A stretch of 64,000 nucleotides of DNA from Mobula birostris (taxonomy: Eukaryota), in assembly GCF_030028105.1 (NCBI RefSeq), contig NC_092377.1, positions 4,903,079 through 4,967,078 of the forward strand, in the 5' to 3' direction. Made by a program: the position numbers and the translations under genes. Positions 28,192 through 41,858 of the stretch are shown piece after piece. Numbering within the stretch: position 1 is the first letter of the stretch; every line of letters begins with the position of its first letter. The notes under the pieces are model-generated. The model searched no databases. It saw nothing but the letters and a program-made list of their open reading frames with translations, and had not been told where the DNA came from.

Positions 28192-28506
28192 TTTTTTTTT
28201 TTCGGCATCCGTTAGTCTCGTGAGACCATGGATTTGCGCCTTGGAAGGTTTCCAGGGCGCAGGCCTGGGCAAAGTTTTATGGAAGACCGGCAGATGCCCA
28301 TGCTGCAAGTCTCCCCTCTCCACGCCACCAATATTGTCCAAGGGAAGGGTACTAGGGCCGATACAGCTTGGCACCGGTGTCGTCACAGAGCAATGTGTGG
28401 TTAAGTGCCTTGCTCGAGGACACAAAATGTTGCCTCCGCTGAGGCTCGAACTAGCGACCTTCAGATCACTAGACCAACGCCTTAACCATTTGACCACGTG
28501 CCAACA
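28192..28506 (-). mobile_element. tRNA-derived SINE (Thr-AGT-like head), poly(A) tail, 10-bp TSD
   Basis: Minus strand has A-box TGGTCAAATGG, anticodon-loop-like CTAGTGA, B-box GTTCGAGCC and an A-tail at 28192-28202. TSD ACTGTAACTT at 28182-28191 and 28507-28516. Confidence 0.85.
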
Positions 28507-28529
28507 ACTGTAACTTGATGCATAATTAA

Positions 28530-29960
28530 GACTATAAAACCGTCAGATATAGGACCAGAATTAGGCAATTTGGCCCATTGGGTCTACTCCACCATATAAA
28601 CATGGCTGATCTATTTTCCTCTCAGCCCAAATCTCTTGCCTTCTTCCCTTATACCTTCATGCCCTGACTAATCAAGAATCTATCAACCTCTGCCAAAAAT
28701 ACACATAAAGACGGCCTCCACAGCTGCCAGTGGCAATGAATTCCACAGATTCAACGTTCTCTGGCTAAAGAAATTCCTCCATACCTACCTCCATTCTAAA
28801 AGGACGCCCCTCTATTCTGAGGCTGTGTCCACTGATCTTAGACTCTCACACTATAAGAAACATCCTCTCTACATCTACTCTTTTGTGGCCTTTCAACAGG
28901 TTTCAATGAAGTCACCACTGAATTCTAGTGAGTACAGGGACAGAGACTTCAAACACTCTTCATATGACAAGCCCTTCAATCCCAGAATCATTGTCATGAA
29001 TCTCCTTTGAGGTGTCTCCAATATCAACACATCTTGTCTTAGATAAGGGGTACAAAACTGCTCACAATACTCCGTGAGGCCTCACCCGTGCTTTATAAAT
29101 CCTCAACATTACATTCTTGCTGTTATACTCTGGTCCTCTTTAAATGAAAGCTAACATTGCCTTGGCCTTCCTCATCAGCAACTCACCTTGCAAATTAACC
29201 TTTAGGGAATCCTGCATGAGGGCTCAAGTCCTTTTGCACCTCAGATTTTGAATTTTCTCTCCATTTAGAAAATAGTCTACCCTTTTATTTATTCTACCGA
29301 AGTGTATGATCATACACTTTCTGACACTGTATTTCATCTGCCACTTCTTTGTCCATTCTCCTAATCTGCCCAAGTCCTTCTGTAGCCTCTCTTCTTCCTT
29401 AAAACTACCCACCTCTCCATCTACCTTCATACTGTCTGCAACCTTTTCAGCAAAGCCATCAATTCCATCTTCCATGTCACAGACATTTAACATAAAAAGA
29501 ATTGGTCCCAACACAGACCGCTGTGGAACAACACTAGTCAATGCAGCCGACCAGAAAAGGCTCCCTATATTCCTATTCTTTTCCTCCTGCCAATACTCTA
29601 TCCATGCTAGTATCTTTCCTGTAATACCATGGGCCCTTAACTTGTTAAGCATCCTCATGTGTGGCACCTTGTCAAAGCCTTCAAAAATCCAAGTACACAA
29701 CATCCACTGGTTCTAGTTTGCCCATCCTGCTTGTTTTTTCTTCAAAGAATTCCAGCAGATTTCTCAGGCAAGATTTTCCTTCAGGAAACCATGCTGACTT
29801 TTGCCTATTTTGTCATGTGCCTCCAAATGCCCTGAAACTTCATCCTTAACAATGGAGTCCAACATCTTCAAAACCACTGAGGTCAAGCTTACTGGCCTAT
29901 AATTTCCTTTCTTCTGCCTCTCTCCCTTCTTGAAGAGTGGAGTGACATTTGCAATTCTTA
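28530..29960 (-). mobile_element. Decayed CR1 RT and 3' end
   Basis: ORF 29224-29703 (FDKVPHMR, VPQRSVLGP, WQMKYSVRKC) followed by the CR1 3'UTR. Confidence 0.85.
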
Positions 29961-30019
29961 GTGCAGTGTATAAAATTTTACATTGGCCAGGATTTGTGTA
30001 TTCTCATTCAATATTTCTA

Positions 30020-30390
30020 CTTTAGATAGAGGTATTTAAAATTATGAGGGTGATGGATAGAGTTGACGTGGATAGGCTTTTTCCATTGAGAGTGGGGGAG
30101 ATTCAAACAAGAGGACATGAGTTGAGAGTTAAAGGGCAAAAGTTTAGGGGTAACATGAGGGGGAACTTCTTTACTCAGAGAGTGGTAGCTGTGTGGAATG
30201 AGCTTCCAGCAGAAGTGGTTGAGGCAGGTTCGATGTCACTTAAAGTTAAATTGGACAGGTATATGGACAGGAAAGGAATGGAGGGTTATGGACTGAGTGC
30301 AGGTCGGTGGGACTAGTTGAGAGTAAGAGTTCAGCACGGACTAGATGGCCTGTTTCCGTGCTGTAATTGTTATATGGTTATATGTTATAT
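30020..30390 (+). mobile_element. CR1 extreme 3' fragment
   Basis: ORF 30044-30316 (DRLFPL...TRGH...NFFTQRVV.VWNELP), followed by a short-repeat tail. Confidence 0.85.
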
Positions 30391-30604
30391 ATGGTTACTT
30401 CTGTGCTGGCTGCAGCAACCAGGAGATTGTAAGTCGGTTCAGAACAAAGTGAGAGAACTGAGCTCAGGATGGAAACAGTTACACTGCAAGTTGATATTCA
30501 ATGTGCAAAAATATTCATAAATATTTTTTGTAAATTTCAAATTATTACAATGGTTTTTTGGGGTTCTTTATCTGTCTTGACCTTCAGTTGTTTACTGCCC
30601 ACAG

Positions 30605-30967
30605 GTGTAAATGCAGGGACAGTCCTGATCCAATCACCAGGAGCTGTGAAGGTGCATGAAGCTGGAATGGTGCAGATACAGTGTGACCTGCAGAGTGACA
30701 ACATGGAATACACTGTGGATAAATATGATGTACACTGGTACAAGTCACGCAATAAACAGACAGATAAAGTATTTGTAGTTACTCTTCGCGCTAACGGCGA
30801 AGTTTCCAGATCACGGAGCTTCTCCAATCGATTTCATGTTTCCAGGAATGTTACTGCTAACAGCTACTCCCTGACCATCAGCAACGTGAAGCTCACTGAC
30901 TCTAAGCTTTACATCTGTGGCATTTGGGGGTCGGTCTTTGGAAAGGGAACCCAGCTGAATGTGACCA
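30605..30967 (+). CDS. Exon 2: V-set Ig domain 1 with germline-joined J-like strand
   Basis: Acceptor tttactgcccacag| and donor ACCA|gtgagtac, 363 nt, phase 1-1. Reads (G)VNAGTVLIQSP...IQC...VHWY...SNRFHVSRNVTANSYSLTISNVKLTDSKLYICGIWGSVFGKGTQLNVT, with canonical B-Cys, C-Trp, F-Cys and FGxG. Confidence 0.93.
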
Positions 30968-31759
30968 GTGAGTACTTCATGTTGGTTGTATTTCTAGTCA
31001 TGTCTCTGTACAATTAAGACTGACACCATGTTTTTAGTTTTATAGAAATACCTGTAAATATTAGTTTCTGCTGCAGAATAAAGAGTGGGACAAACTGATT
31101 TTTTTTAATGAATGAGGTGGATGACTCTTCACTGGCTCATTGACATTTAACATAAAAAGGATTGGTCCCAACACAGACCCCTGTGGAATCAGGTAATTAG
31201 GGGTAATCAGGGAAAGAGGATAAATACTGCTATTGCCAGTGATTTCCGTGTCTGTGAATAGACGAATGCAAGGTGAGGGACAACCATTGCACGGACTCGG
31301 GTGCTGAAAAACAAAAGCACCCAGAGGAATAGCAGATACTATCTGAATAAAACAGGACATTGACTGGACTACAGGCATCATTAAAACAATGTATTATGAG
31401 GAGATTTTGGCCCCTTATCTCATTGGAGAACATCAATAAACTCTTCCCCTCTCATCTTAAACCTATGCACTCCAATATTTGACATTTGTACCCTGGTAAA
31501 AGTCCAGCTAAACTCACAAAATGCTGGAGGAACTCAACAGATCAGACAACATCTATGGAGAGGAAGATAGAGTGAACATTTTGGGCTGACACCCTAATGA
31601 AAGATCTTGGATAAAAATGTTCACTCTTTTTTGCTCATCAGAAATGCTGCCAGATCTGCTGAACCCACCCCCAGTATTGTGTAGTTTACTCTGTTTTTTC
31701 AATGTCTGCAGGAAGTTACCCCCTTCTTCTATTCTGCACTCTGGCCTCTTACATCTTCT

Positions 31760-33365
31760 GGAGCATGCTGATATTAAGGGAGAGGAGGTGTTGGAGTTGT
31801 TAAAATACATTAGGACAGATAAGTCCCCGGGGCCTAACAGAATATTCCCCAGGCTGCTCCACGAGGCGAGAGAAGAGATTGCTGAGCCTCTGGCTAGGAT
31901 CTTTATGTCCTCGTTGTCCACGGGAATGGTACCAGAGGATTGGAGGGAGGCGAATGTTGTTCCCTTGTTCAAAAAAGGTAGTAGGGATAGTTCGGGTAAT
32001 TATAGACCAGTGAGCCTTACGTCTGTGATGGGAAAGCTGTTGGAAAAGATCCTTAGAGATAGGATCTATAGGCATTTAGAGAATCATGGTCTGATCGGGG
32101 ACAGTCAGCATGGCTTTGTGAAGGGCAGATCGTGTCTAACAAGCCTGATAGAGTTCTTTGAGGAGGTGACCAGGCATATAGATGAGGGTAGTGCAGTGGA
32201 TGTGATCTATATGGATTTTAGTAAGGCATTTGACAAGGTTCCACACAGTAGGCTTATTCAGAAAGTTAGAAGGCATGGGATCCAGGGAAGTTTGGCCAGG
32301 TGGATTCAGAATTGGCTTTCCTGCAGAAGGCAGAGGGTGGTGGTGGAGGGAGTACATTCAGATTGGAGGATTGTGACTAGTGGTGTCCCACAAGGATCTG
32401 TTCTGGGACCTCTACTTTTCGTGATTTTTATTAACGACCTGGATGTGGGGGTGGAAGGGTGGGTTGGCAAGTTTGCAGACGACACAAAGGTTGGTGGTGT
32501 TGTAGATAGTGTAGAGGATTGTCAAATATTGCAGAGAGACATTGATAGGATGCAGAAGTGGGCTGAGAAGTGGCAGATGGAGTTCAGCCCAGAGAAGTGT
32601 GAGGTGGTACACTTTGGAAGGACAAACTCCAAGGCAGAATACAAAGTAAATGGCAGGATACTTGGTAGTGAGGAGGAGCAGAGGAATCTCGGGGTACATG
32701 TCCACAGATCCCTGAAAGTTGCCTCACAGGTGGATAGGGTAGTTAAGAAAGCTTATGGGGTGTTAGCTTTTGTAAGTCGAGGGATAGAGTTTGAGTCGCG
32801 ATGTAATGATGCAGCTCTATAAAACTCTGGTTAGGCCACACTTGGAGTATTGTGTCCAGTTGTGGTCACCTCACTATAGGAAGGATGTGGAAGCATTGGA
32901 AAGGGTACAGAGGAGATGTACCAGGATGCTGCCTGGTTTAGAGAGTATGCATTATGATCAGAGATTAAGGGAGCTAGGGCTTTACTCTTTGGAGAGAAGG
33001 AGGGTGAGAGGAGACATGATAGAGGTGTACAAGATAATAGGAGGAATAGATAGAGTGGATAGCCAGCACCTCTTCCCCAGGGCACCACTGCTCAATACAA
33101 GAGGACATGGCTTTAAGGTAAGGGGTGGGAAGTTCAAGGAGGATACTAGAGGAAGGTTTTTTACTCAGAAAGTAGTTGGTGCATGGAATGCACGGCCTGG
33201 GTCAGTGGTGGAGGCAGATACACTAGTGAAGTTTAAGAGACTACTAGACAGGTATATGGAGGAATCTAAAGTGGGGGCTTATATGGGAGGCAGGGTTTGA
33301 GGGTCGGCACAACATTGTGGGCCGAAGGGCCTGTACTGTGCTGTACTATTCTATATTCTATGTTC
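31760..33365 (+). mobile_element. Young 5'-truncated CR1 (RT nearly intact, one frameshift near 32800)
   Basis: ORFs 31617-32822 and 32791-33300 contain all CR1 RT motifs. TTCTATG-type tail at about 33350-33372. Confidence 0.92.
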
Positions 33366-36340
33366 TATGTTCTCACCTGCCTATCACCTCCCCCTGAGTC
33401 ACCTCCTCCTTCCCTTTCTCCTATGGTCCACTCTCTCCTATCAGATTCCTTCTTTTCCAGACTATTATCTTTCCCACCCACCTGGCTTCACCTATTGCCT
33501 TCTGCATCCTACTCCTCCTTCCTTGCCAGTCCTGATGAAGGGTCTCCACCCAAAACATCAACTGTTTATTCACTTCCACAGATGCTGTCTGACTGCTGAG
33601 TTCCTTCAGCATTTTCTATGTTACTCTAAATTTCCAGCATTTGCAGACTTTCTCGTGTTTTTGGTCTGCAAATTCCCTTGTGTTTCTCTCTCGACCCTTT
33701 CTATGTCTTACATGACTAGACTCGCAGCTCAGTCTCTGATTCTCTGGAGAAAGCAATCCAAGTCATTCCAAACTCCCCTTATAACTATAGCTCTGCAATC
33801 CAGGCCACATCCTGGTGAACCTCTTCTGCATCCTCTCCAAAGACTCCACAACCTTCTTGTAATGGGGCAACCAGAATTGCACAGGAAATGTTCCCCAAGC
33901 AGAACTTCACACAGTTGCTGCATGACTCCTTGGGCATATACATTTTGTACCTGTAATCATAAATACAAGAGATTCTGCAGCTAATGGAAATGCAGAGCAA
34001 CACACACAGACAATGCTGGAGGGACTCGGTAGGTCAGGCAGCATCTATGGAGAGGAATAAAGAGTCAATGTTTCAGACCGAAACCCTTCTTTAGGGCTGC
34101 TTTGCCATTTTCAGTTAACAATGGATTTTTACCTGTACCCCAGTATTCCAAATGGTCCATCCAGTTACTATATGCTGTCACGTAGATTTAACCTCCCAAA
34201 GTTTAGCAACTCACACTTGTAGAGATTGATCTCTCTTTCCCGATCTTCAGCCCAGATCTGCAACATGGATCCCTCAGTACCCATTGACACTCTTTTAAAC
34301 AATGCCACATATTTCTATTTTTGTGTCACCTGCAAACTAACATATCGGCCCACATATATTTTCAACCAATATCACAAAAATACAGAGGCCCTTTTGAAAA
34401 CCACTTGTCACAGTAACCAGCCCTTCACCACTTCCCTGTCCTCTATGGTCAAACCAGTTTTGAATCTAATCTTGAGTTGCAGGGGGATGGGAACCAGGCT
34501 GACAGGGCAGCTAATGGAGTGATTTTCGAGAATGATATTGTGAAGCCTACATACAAATTTAGGAATCAAATTTTCAATCATGGTGGGACTAATGGTCTGA
34601 GCTGCACACATTCCAATACAAGGAGTATCGTAGGAAAGGCAGATGAGCTTAGGGCATGGGTCAGTGTGTAGAATTCTGATATTGTGGCCATTAATCAGAT
34701 TGTTGCAGGAGGGCAGGACTTGCAGGTCAATGTTCTACAATTCTGTTATTTTAGATGTGACAGAGTGGGATACATTAAAGGGGGAGGGGTAACGTTACTA
34801 GTCAGGAAAATGACACAGCATTGCTCAGTCAGGACAGGTGTGAAAACTCATCTACTGAACCTACATGGGTGGAAAGACAAATAGGTAATGGATGATCCCA
34901 TTATGTTATAGACCACCGAATTGTTAGAGGGATTTAGAGAAGCATATTTGAAGAGAGATCACAGACTGTTGCAAGAAACATAAGATTGTGATAGTAGATG
35001 ATATTAACTTTCCATATATTGATTTGGCATCCCATACTGTAAAAGGGTTGGATGGGAAAGAGTTTGTCAAATGTTTTCTGGAAACTTTCCTTCATCAATG
35101 TATAGAGATTCCACCAAGAGAGAGTGATACTGCATCTGTCATTAAAGTTCAAAGTAAATTTCTTATCACAGTACATATATGTCACCATATACTACCTTGG
35201 GATTCATTTTCCTGTGCGTATACACAGTAATTACAAAGAAACACAATACAGTCACTGAAAAATCACACACAAGACGAACAAAATACAACAAACTGTGCAA
35301 ATACAAAAAGATTAAAAAAACAAAAAAGAAAACAACAAATATCAAGAACATGAGATGAAGAGTCTGAAAGTTGTGGGAACAGTTCAGAGATGGGGTGAGT
35401 GAAGTTGGCTGAAGTTATTCCCTCTGGTTCAAGAGTCTGATGGTTGTGGTGATAACTGTTCCTAAATCTGGTGGGGTGGGTCCTGAGGCTCTTGTACCTC
35501 CTTCCTGATAGCAGCAGTGAGAAAAGAGCATGGTCTGGATGGGGACGAGACAGGGCAGGTGACAGAGGTGTGTGCGGGAATCACTTTGGATCTAGTGATT
35601 ATATTTCCATTAGTTTCAAGATAATTATGAAGAAAGGTAAGTCTGGTCCATGGGTTGAGATTCTAAATTGGAGAAAGGCCAGTTACCATATATAATGGAT
35701 ACGGCAAAAGTGAAAAGGGGCAGGATGTTTTCTGGCATCGGTGTTCTTGTAAAATGCCTCAATTTATAACTCATCACTTCAGCCACACAAAATTTGTGGA
35801 ATTCTCTGCCCAATGAAGCAGTGGAGTCTACGTCAGTAAATACATTTAAGACAAGGTCGGATAGATTTTTGCATAGTAGGGGAAGTAAGGGTTATGAGGA
35901 AAAGGCAGGTCGGTGGAGATGAGTCCATGGTCAGATCAGCCATAATCTTATTGAATGGCAGAGCAGGCTCAACAGGCCAGGAGGCCGACTCCTGCTCTTA
36001 TTTCTATGTTCTTATATTCTTATGTAAAACAGTGCTGACTGTTCCTATTAAATTTATGTTAGATTCTGTTGCTAAGGATCTTCTCTAGTCATTTCTCTAT
36101 GACAAATGTCAGGCTCACCAGCCTATAATTTCCAGGTTTTCTTCTGATGCCCTTCATAAACAGAGGAATAAATTGTCCTCTCTTCACTCACTTGGGATCT
36201 CACCTGTGGCTAAAGAGGACACAAAAATCTCCTCTTTTGTCTCTCTCAATAACCTGAGACAGGCCGTGGGAAATTACCCAGCTTAATGTTCCTCAAGAGA
36301 CCTGACATCTCTTCTTCCTTAATATCAACATGACCTAAAT

Positions 36341-36416
36341 CAGGGATTCCCAACTTGGGTCCACGGACCTCTTGGTTAATGGTAGGCTCTATGGCATTAA
36401 AGGTTGGGAATCTCTG
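36341..36416. mobile_element. hAT-type MITE
   Basis: Terminal inverted repeats CAGGGATTCCCAAC / GTTGGGAATCTCTG. Imperfect flanking duplication (CCTAAAT / CCTAAAAT). Confidence 0.6.
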
Positions 36417-36959
36417 CCTAAAATCAGCACTCCCTTTCCTGATCCCACTGCCTCTGAGGTAGAGAATATAACATTCACTAGTCTTTATGAAAAATAGTTA
36501 ACTTAACCACAGGTCAAAACAGCCAACAGATTACACTGAGGCTCTAAATCCAATTAGAATCATAGAGAGGTACTGCATAGAAGGCGGTCCTTTGGCCCAT
36601 CTAGACTATGTCAAAACCATTTATACTGCCAATTCTCAATGCCCTTACTACACCATCCTGAATGCCAAATGACCTGAACCCTCTTGATCAGTCACCCTCT
36701 TGTGGGACCTTGTCAAATGCCTTTCTAAATTCCTGTAGACAACATCCACTGCTTTGCCTTCATTCACTTTCCTGGTAACTTCCTCAATAAACACTGAGTT
36801 TAGTTAGACATGACCTACCATACGCAAAGCCATGCTGACTATCCCCAATCAGTATTATTATTTCTTCTTCTTCTTCTTCTATTTCCAGCTGTTTAGACAC
36901 ATCTGGGTGTATTACAGCCCTCCGCAGGATGTGTAATTAATTATAGAACTTCAAGGAAC

Positions 36960-39900
36960 TCAAATTCTCGAATACAACCTCGTCTCACGTATAAACTGAA
37001 TAATAGACTCTTCAATCAGATGTTGATTCTCTTGATGGCCAAACAAAGATTTAATAGAAAACCAAAATACATTTAAGCCAGACAGCCTCTTGAACAACAT
37101 GCTTCTTTCAACTTTGTATCGATTACAGCTCAGCAAAACATGCTGGACTGTCTCTGGACTACCACAGTCACCTAATCCAGTAGGATGTTTTCCTATTATC
37201 TTTAAATAATAGTTTAGCCCACAATGCCCCAACCTCAGTCTTGTTAATTTCACCACATCTCTACGATTTAAAAGGTAATAGTCTGAGACCTTTTTAACTA
37301 GTGGGTGACTAGAAAAATAATGCCTGCCTCTTAATTCATTTTTCCAATCCTCCTGCCACTTCTTCGCTATACCTTTTTTAATCCTACTTCTCAATTCTGC
37401 TCTGCCTAAGGGAACTCTAATTTCTACTTGCCTGCTCTGTAAGGAAGACTTCACAATGCCATCCACAATTTCATTTCCCTCCACCCCAGCATGCCCAGGT
37501 ATCCATGAAAATCTAAATGCACAACCCATCTTCCCTACTCTAAACAACACTAAGAGAATCTCAATAACTATGTCAGGACAATTTTTTGATTTATTCTCTT
37601 TTATAGACTCTAAGGCAGCAGCAGAATCCGAACAAATGATAACCCTACGTGGTCGAGAGTCTTCTATCCACCATAAGGCCCAGAGGATTGCTAATAATTC
37701 TGTTGCAAAGACAGAAACACCATCTGAAACCCGGTGACCAATCTTAACTCCAAGTTGAGACACATACATCCCAAATCCTGCCCTACTGCTCTCTGGGTCC
37801 ACTGAGCCATCAGTAAAAATCTTCAGATAAGATCTCCATTTATTATTGAAATATTCATTTGTGATCAACGCTGATGAAATTGCAATGCTTCCTTTAAGCT
37901 GAAAAAGGAAGAACAGGTCTATTTCTGGTTCTGGAAAGAGCCAAAAAGGGATGGGTGGCAAGCAAATTTGGTCAACTATGTCTTCCTCAGTCAGTTTGAA
38001 TTTCACAGCCCAGTTATTAACCAAATCTAAAAATGGGTATCTTTTAATTTTACTTTGGTGCTCTGACTTCCCCTGCAAAAGACACTTTGATGGACAGCTG
38101 TGATTGAATCCATTTAGTTTTACCCAATACTGGAGGCCCAACTGAATTCGTCTAAAATGCAGAGGCACTTCTCCCACCTCCACACATAACGCCGGGACTG
38201 ATGTTGTTCTAAAAGCTCCACAACAGAGTCTAAATGCTTTGGACTGCACAGTGTCTAGTTTTCCAAGCACTGCCGTAGCAGCGGAACCATAAGCAATACA
38301 ACCATAATCAATAACTGATCTAATCATAGCTAGATATATTAAGTACATAGTTTACTGCCCTGCTCCCCAGTCGCATCCAGCAATACTTCTCATAACATTT
38401 ACAACTTTCTCACACTTTCCAATTGTTTTATCTATATGAACCCTCCAAGTAAGTCTTTCATCAAACCAGACACCTAAAAACTTGAATATCTTGACTCTTT
38501 CTAGTGGAGAATCATATAGACACAATTCACAATCAGGAATCTTACTCCTAAAGCTAAAAATCATGTATTTGGACTTAGAAGCAGAAATTTTGAAACACCA
38601 TTTATTAGCCCAGTTTTCAACTGATCTTAAAGCCTCTTGTACCTTCCTTAATATATACTTGATGTTTCTTCCTCTTTTCTAGATTGCACCATCGTCTGCA
38701 AACAATGATTTGCCAAATCTTGTCCCTACCTGATCAAAGATATCATTTATCATGACATTAAAAAGAACTGGACTAATGACACTTCCTTGGGGGGTACCAT
38801 TACCTATTTTAACTGACTTGGAGCTTGTTCCACCTATTCTTACTTGAATTGTCCTTTCCTTAAGGAAATCTTTGATCCAATTAAACATTCTAGCTCTAAT
38901 TCCAGCATCATAGTGTTTAATTAATAAGCCATCCTTCCATAGTGAATAATATGCTCTTTCAATATCTAGAAATACACTTACCATTACTTCTCTATTTTGA
39001 AACGCTTTTTTAATATCATGATCTAAAAGGGCAACAGATTCCATTGTTGATCTTTCGGTTCTAAAACCATTTTGATAGGCAGCAAAATGTCCCTTATTTT
39101 CCAAAAAGTAAACAAGTCTGTTCGTGACCATTTGTTCCATAGTTTTACAAAGCACTGACGTTAAAGCTACAGCCGATACGAACTAGGACTAGACACGTCC
39201 TTACCTGGCTTTAAAACTGGAACTACCACTGCATGCCTCCATTCTACTGGTAATTTTCCTTCTTTCCACAGTGAGTTAAACAATGTTAGAATTTCTATTA
39301 ATACAGAGTCATCTAAATGCTTAAGCAATTAATAACACAGTCCATCCCTACCAGGAGAAGTGTTTGAACCTGATTTGACAGCTTCCTGCAATTCCTGAAG
39401 GGAGAAAAACAAATTTATGGAGCTATTATCATCCAAACTCCTGTCCAATTTCCAACTTTCCTTTAACATAATTTCCTTTCTCAAATCACCTAACTCTCCA
39501 GAACTGTGTAACGCTTGGAACACCGCTACAAACATATCAGCCTTTTCTTTATTGGTTACAGCTTCAATATCTCCTTCCAGCAAAGCTGGGATAGATGGTT
39601 TCCTATATATCCCTGACATTCTGTGAATGATCATCCATAGCTGCTTTATAGGAGTCTCAGGGCCCAGGATTCCACAAAATCTTCTCCAACTATCCCTCTT
39701 TGCATTTTTAATTACTCTCCCTGCTACTGCTCTTTCCTTTTTATACTCCATAACATTATCTAACACTGGGTACTTTCTTAATTTCCTGTAAGCTCTATTT
39801 CTGCTTCTTACTGCTATATCACAATTTTTATTCCACCACGGAACTAATACTCAAGCCTTAAGTACATTCCGTAGCGGAATAGTCAACTGAGCAACTTTAT

Positions 39901-40702
39901 GAATTATAGAACAGAGGGATTCATTCCAATCATCTATGGAGCCGTCACTATTAATTGCTTCTATTATATCCACAGCTTTCTCCAGGTACTCATCCCAATG
40001 GGCCAAAAAAAAATACCTAGCAGACCTCTCCTCAACTTCTACTATCAAATTTCTACCAAATCGACATAATATAGGATAGTGATCACTTCCTAGTGTGTAT
40101 CTATCCATAACATCCCATTCCCCAATCCTAGCTAAGTTTGAGGAAGTGATAGATAGGTTTAAGTGACTATGCGTATTCTGTACAATATTAAATCTTGTAG
40201 GCCTTCCGTCATTTAGCAGTACGATGTTGTATTTATCTAGAAACTCCTCTATTACTGCTCCATTACTATCTTTACTTTCGCTACCCCATATTGGATTATG
40301 GACATTGAAATCTCCAACCCAGATTACTAGGGATCTTACCTTATTCATAATTTCATCCAAATCTGATAACATCATATTACCTGGATTAGAAAAATTAATC
40401 AAAGTTATTTGACCACGAGAGCTCCAAACCTCCACAGCCACAACTTCAAGGTTAGATTTAATATCAAGTCTTCTAAACTGGAGTCCTGTTTTTATGAAAG
40501 TTGCACACCCTCCACCAGATTTACCTGTTCTGTCAGATCTGAAACTATCATATCCAGGGATCACAAAATCTAAATGAGGCTTCAACCATGTCTCCTGTAT
40601 ACAGATCAAATCAGGCTTGTCTTTAGAAGTTCCAACAAATCTTTTTGATTCTTAATCATTTGCAGATAAACTTCTTGCATTCCATTGTAATATTAAAAAC
40701 AT
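36960..40702 (-). pseudogene. Nimb/I LINE ORF2 (AP endonuclease, RT, RNase H), frameshifted
   Basis: CIQETWL, GDFNVH, GSDHYPI (EN). GTPQGSVISP, LFADD (RT). FTDGS, TELLAI, CSDS, WIPGHAGVEGNEIVD (RNase H) and a C-terminal C..ETVQHVLLSC. Confidence 0.88.
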
Positions 40703-40709
40703 CCAAATA

Positions 40710-41858
40710 CTAATTATTGGCCTCTTCATCCACATGAAGCTCCTCTGTACTCTCTGATCCCAACAACTGGGAAGTATTCAGTGATTGCTTGCCTGTCACA
40801 TACTCATGTAATTTTTCCGGTGAAATCTGTTTTATATCAAGGAATCTCTCTGCAGCTCCAACAACTACTTTTATCATATCTGACCTCTTGGCCGTAGTTT
40901 TAGCCCCAACCAGTACATCAACAACAAACGCCAAAAAAGACTCTTTAGTCATCAACAACATGCCTGAAGGAACCATAGTTGGAGAACTCGGAATGTACTG
41001 ACTCCCCATCGTTCCAATCTTTTCTTTACTTATCCTTTGCTCTCTATTAACTTTCTTTACTGCCTCAGCATATGATATTTTTTGTTGGATACTAACATCC
41101 TGAATCTGCTTTGCCTTACTAAAATACTCACATCCTCTGAACGCCGCTATATGGTCCCCTCCACAGTTACTGCATTTAGGCACCGCTGCCTTACATGCTT
41201 TAATATCACGATCCTCTCCACATTTCATACATCTTCTTTTACCTCGACATGAACCAGCAACATGTCCAAATCTCTGGCAATTATAACAGCATAAGGGAGG
41301 CCTAATGTATTCTCTAACTTGATAAGACATGCACCCAAGATAGACTCTAGTTGGAAGAACATCACCTGCAAAAACCAGAAGAACAGGGGAATCCCAACTA
41401 CCACCTTCTCTTGATTTTAATCGTTTGGCTTCAATCACTCGACCACCTTTAATATTGTCCAAAATTTCCTTTTCAGTTATGCCAGACGAAATACCATACA
41501 CTACCCCCTTAACTCCTTTCCTTTCTTTCAGAGTAATACACTCCACTTTCACAACCAATATTCCCACCATTTTAGCACTGTTATATTGGTCAATGTCTTT
41601 ACAACAAATTTTCAGCAATCCATTAGACAAAATCTTGGCCTGGAATCCTTTATCTATTTGGTTCTCTAATGCTGCTGCCACTTTCAAAGGATTAAGAGCT
41701 CTAAATCCTCCTTCTCCTTCCTTCTGACCTTTAGTTTTATACAGACCTATAAATTCCTCCAAATCACCCATTTTCTTCAATTTGTTGACCCGCATTACTT
41801 CAGGTCTTTCACTTGATGCACCCCTTTTTTGGCTGCCCTTACTTCTGGGGTATTCCAC
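40710..41858 (-). CDS. Nimb/I LINE ORF1, nucleic-acid-binding protein with three zinc knuckles
   Basis: 382-aa open frame: CYNCQRFGHVAGSC, CMKCGEDRDIKAC (one His lost), CSNCGGDHIAAFRGC. Confidence 0.8.
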   Translation of the reverse strand: MEYPRSKGSQKRGASSERPEVMRVNKLKKMGDLEEFIGLYKTKGQKEGEGGFRALNPLKVAAALENQIDKGFQAKILSNGLLKICCKDIDQYNSAKMVGILVVKVECITLKERKGVKGVVYGISSGITEKEILDNIKGGRVIEAKRLKSREGGSWDSPVLLVFAGDVLPTRVYLGCMSYQVREYIRPPLCCYNCQRFGHVAGSCRGKRRCMKCGEDRDIKACKAAVPKCSNCGGDHIAAFRGCEYFSKAKQIQDVSIQQKISYAEAVKKVNREQRISKEKIGTMGSQYIPSSPTMVPSGMLLMTKESFLAFVVDVLVGAKTTAKRSDMIKVVVGAAERFLDIKQISPEKLHEYVTGKQSLNTSQLLGSESTEELHVDEEANN

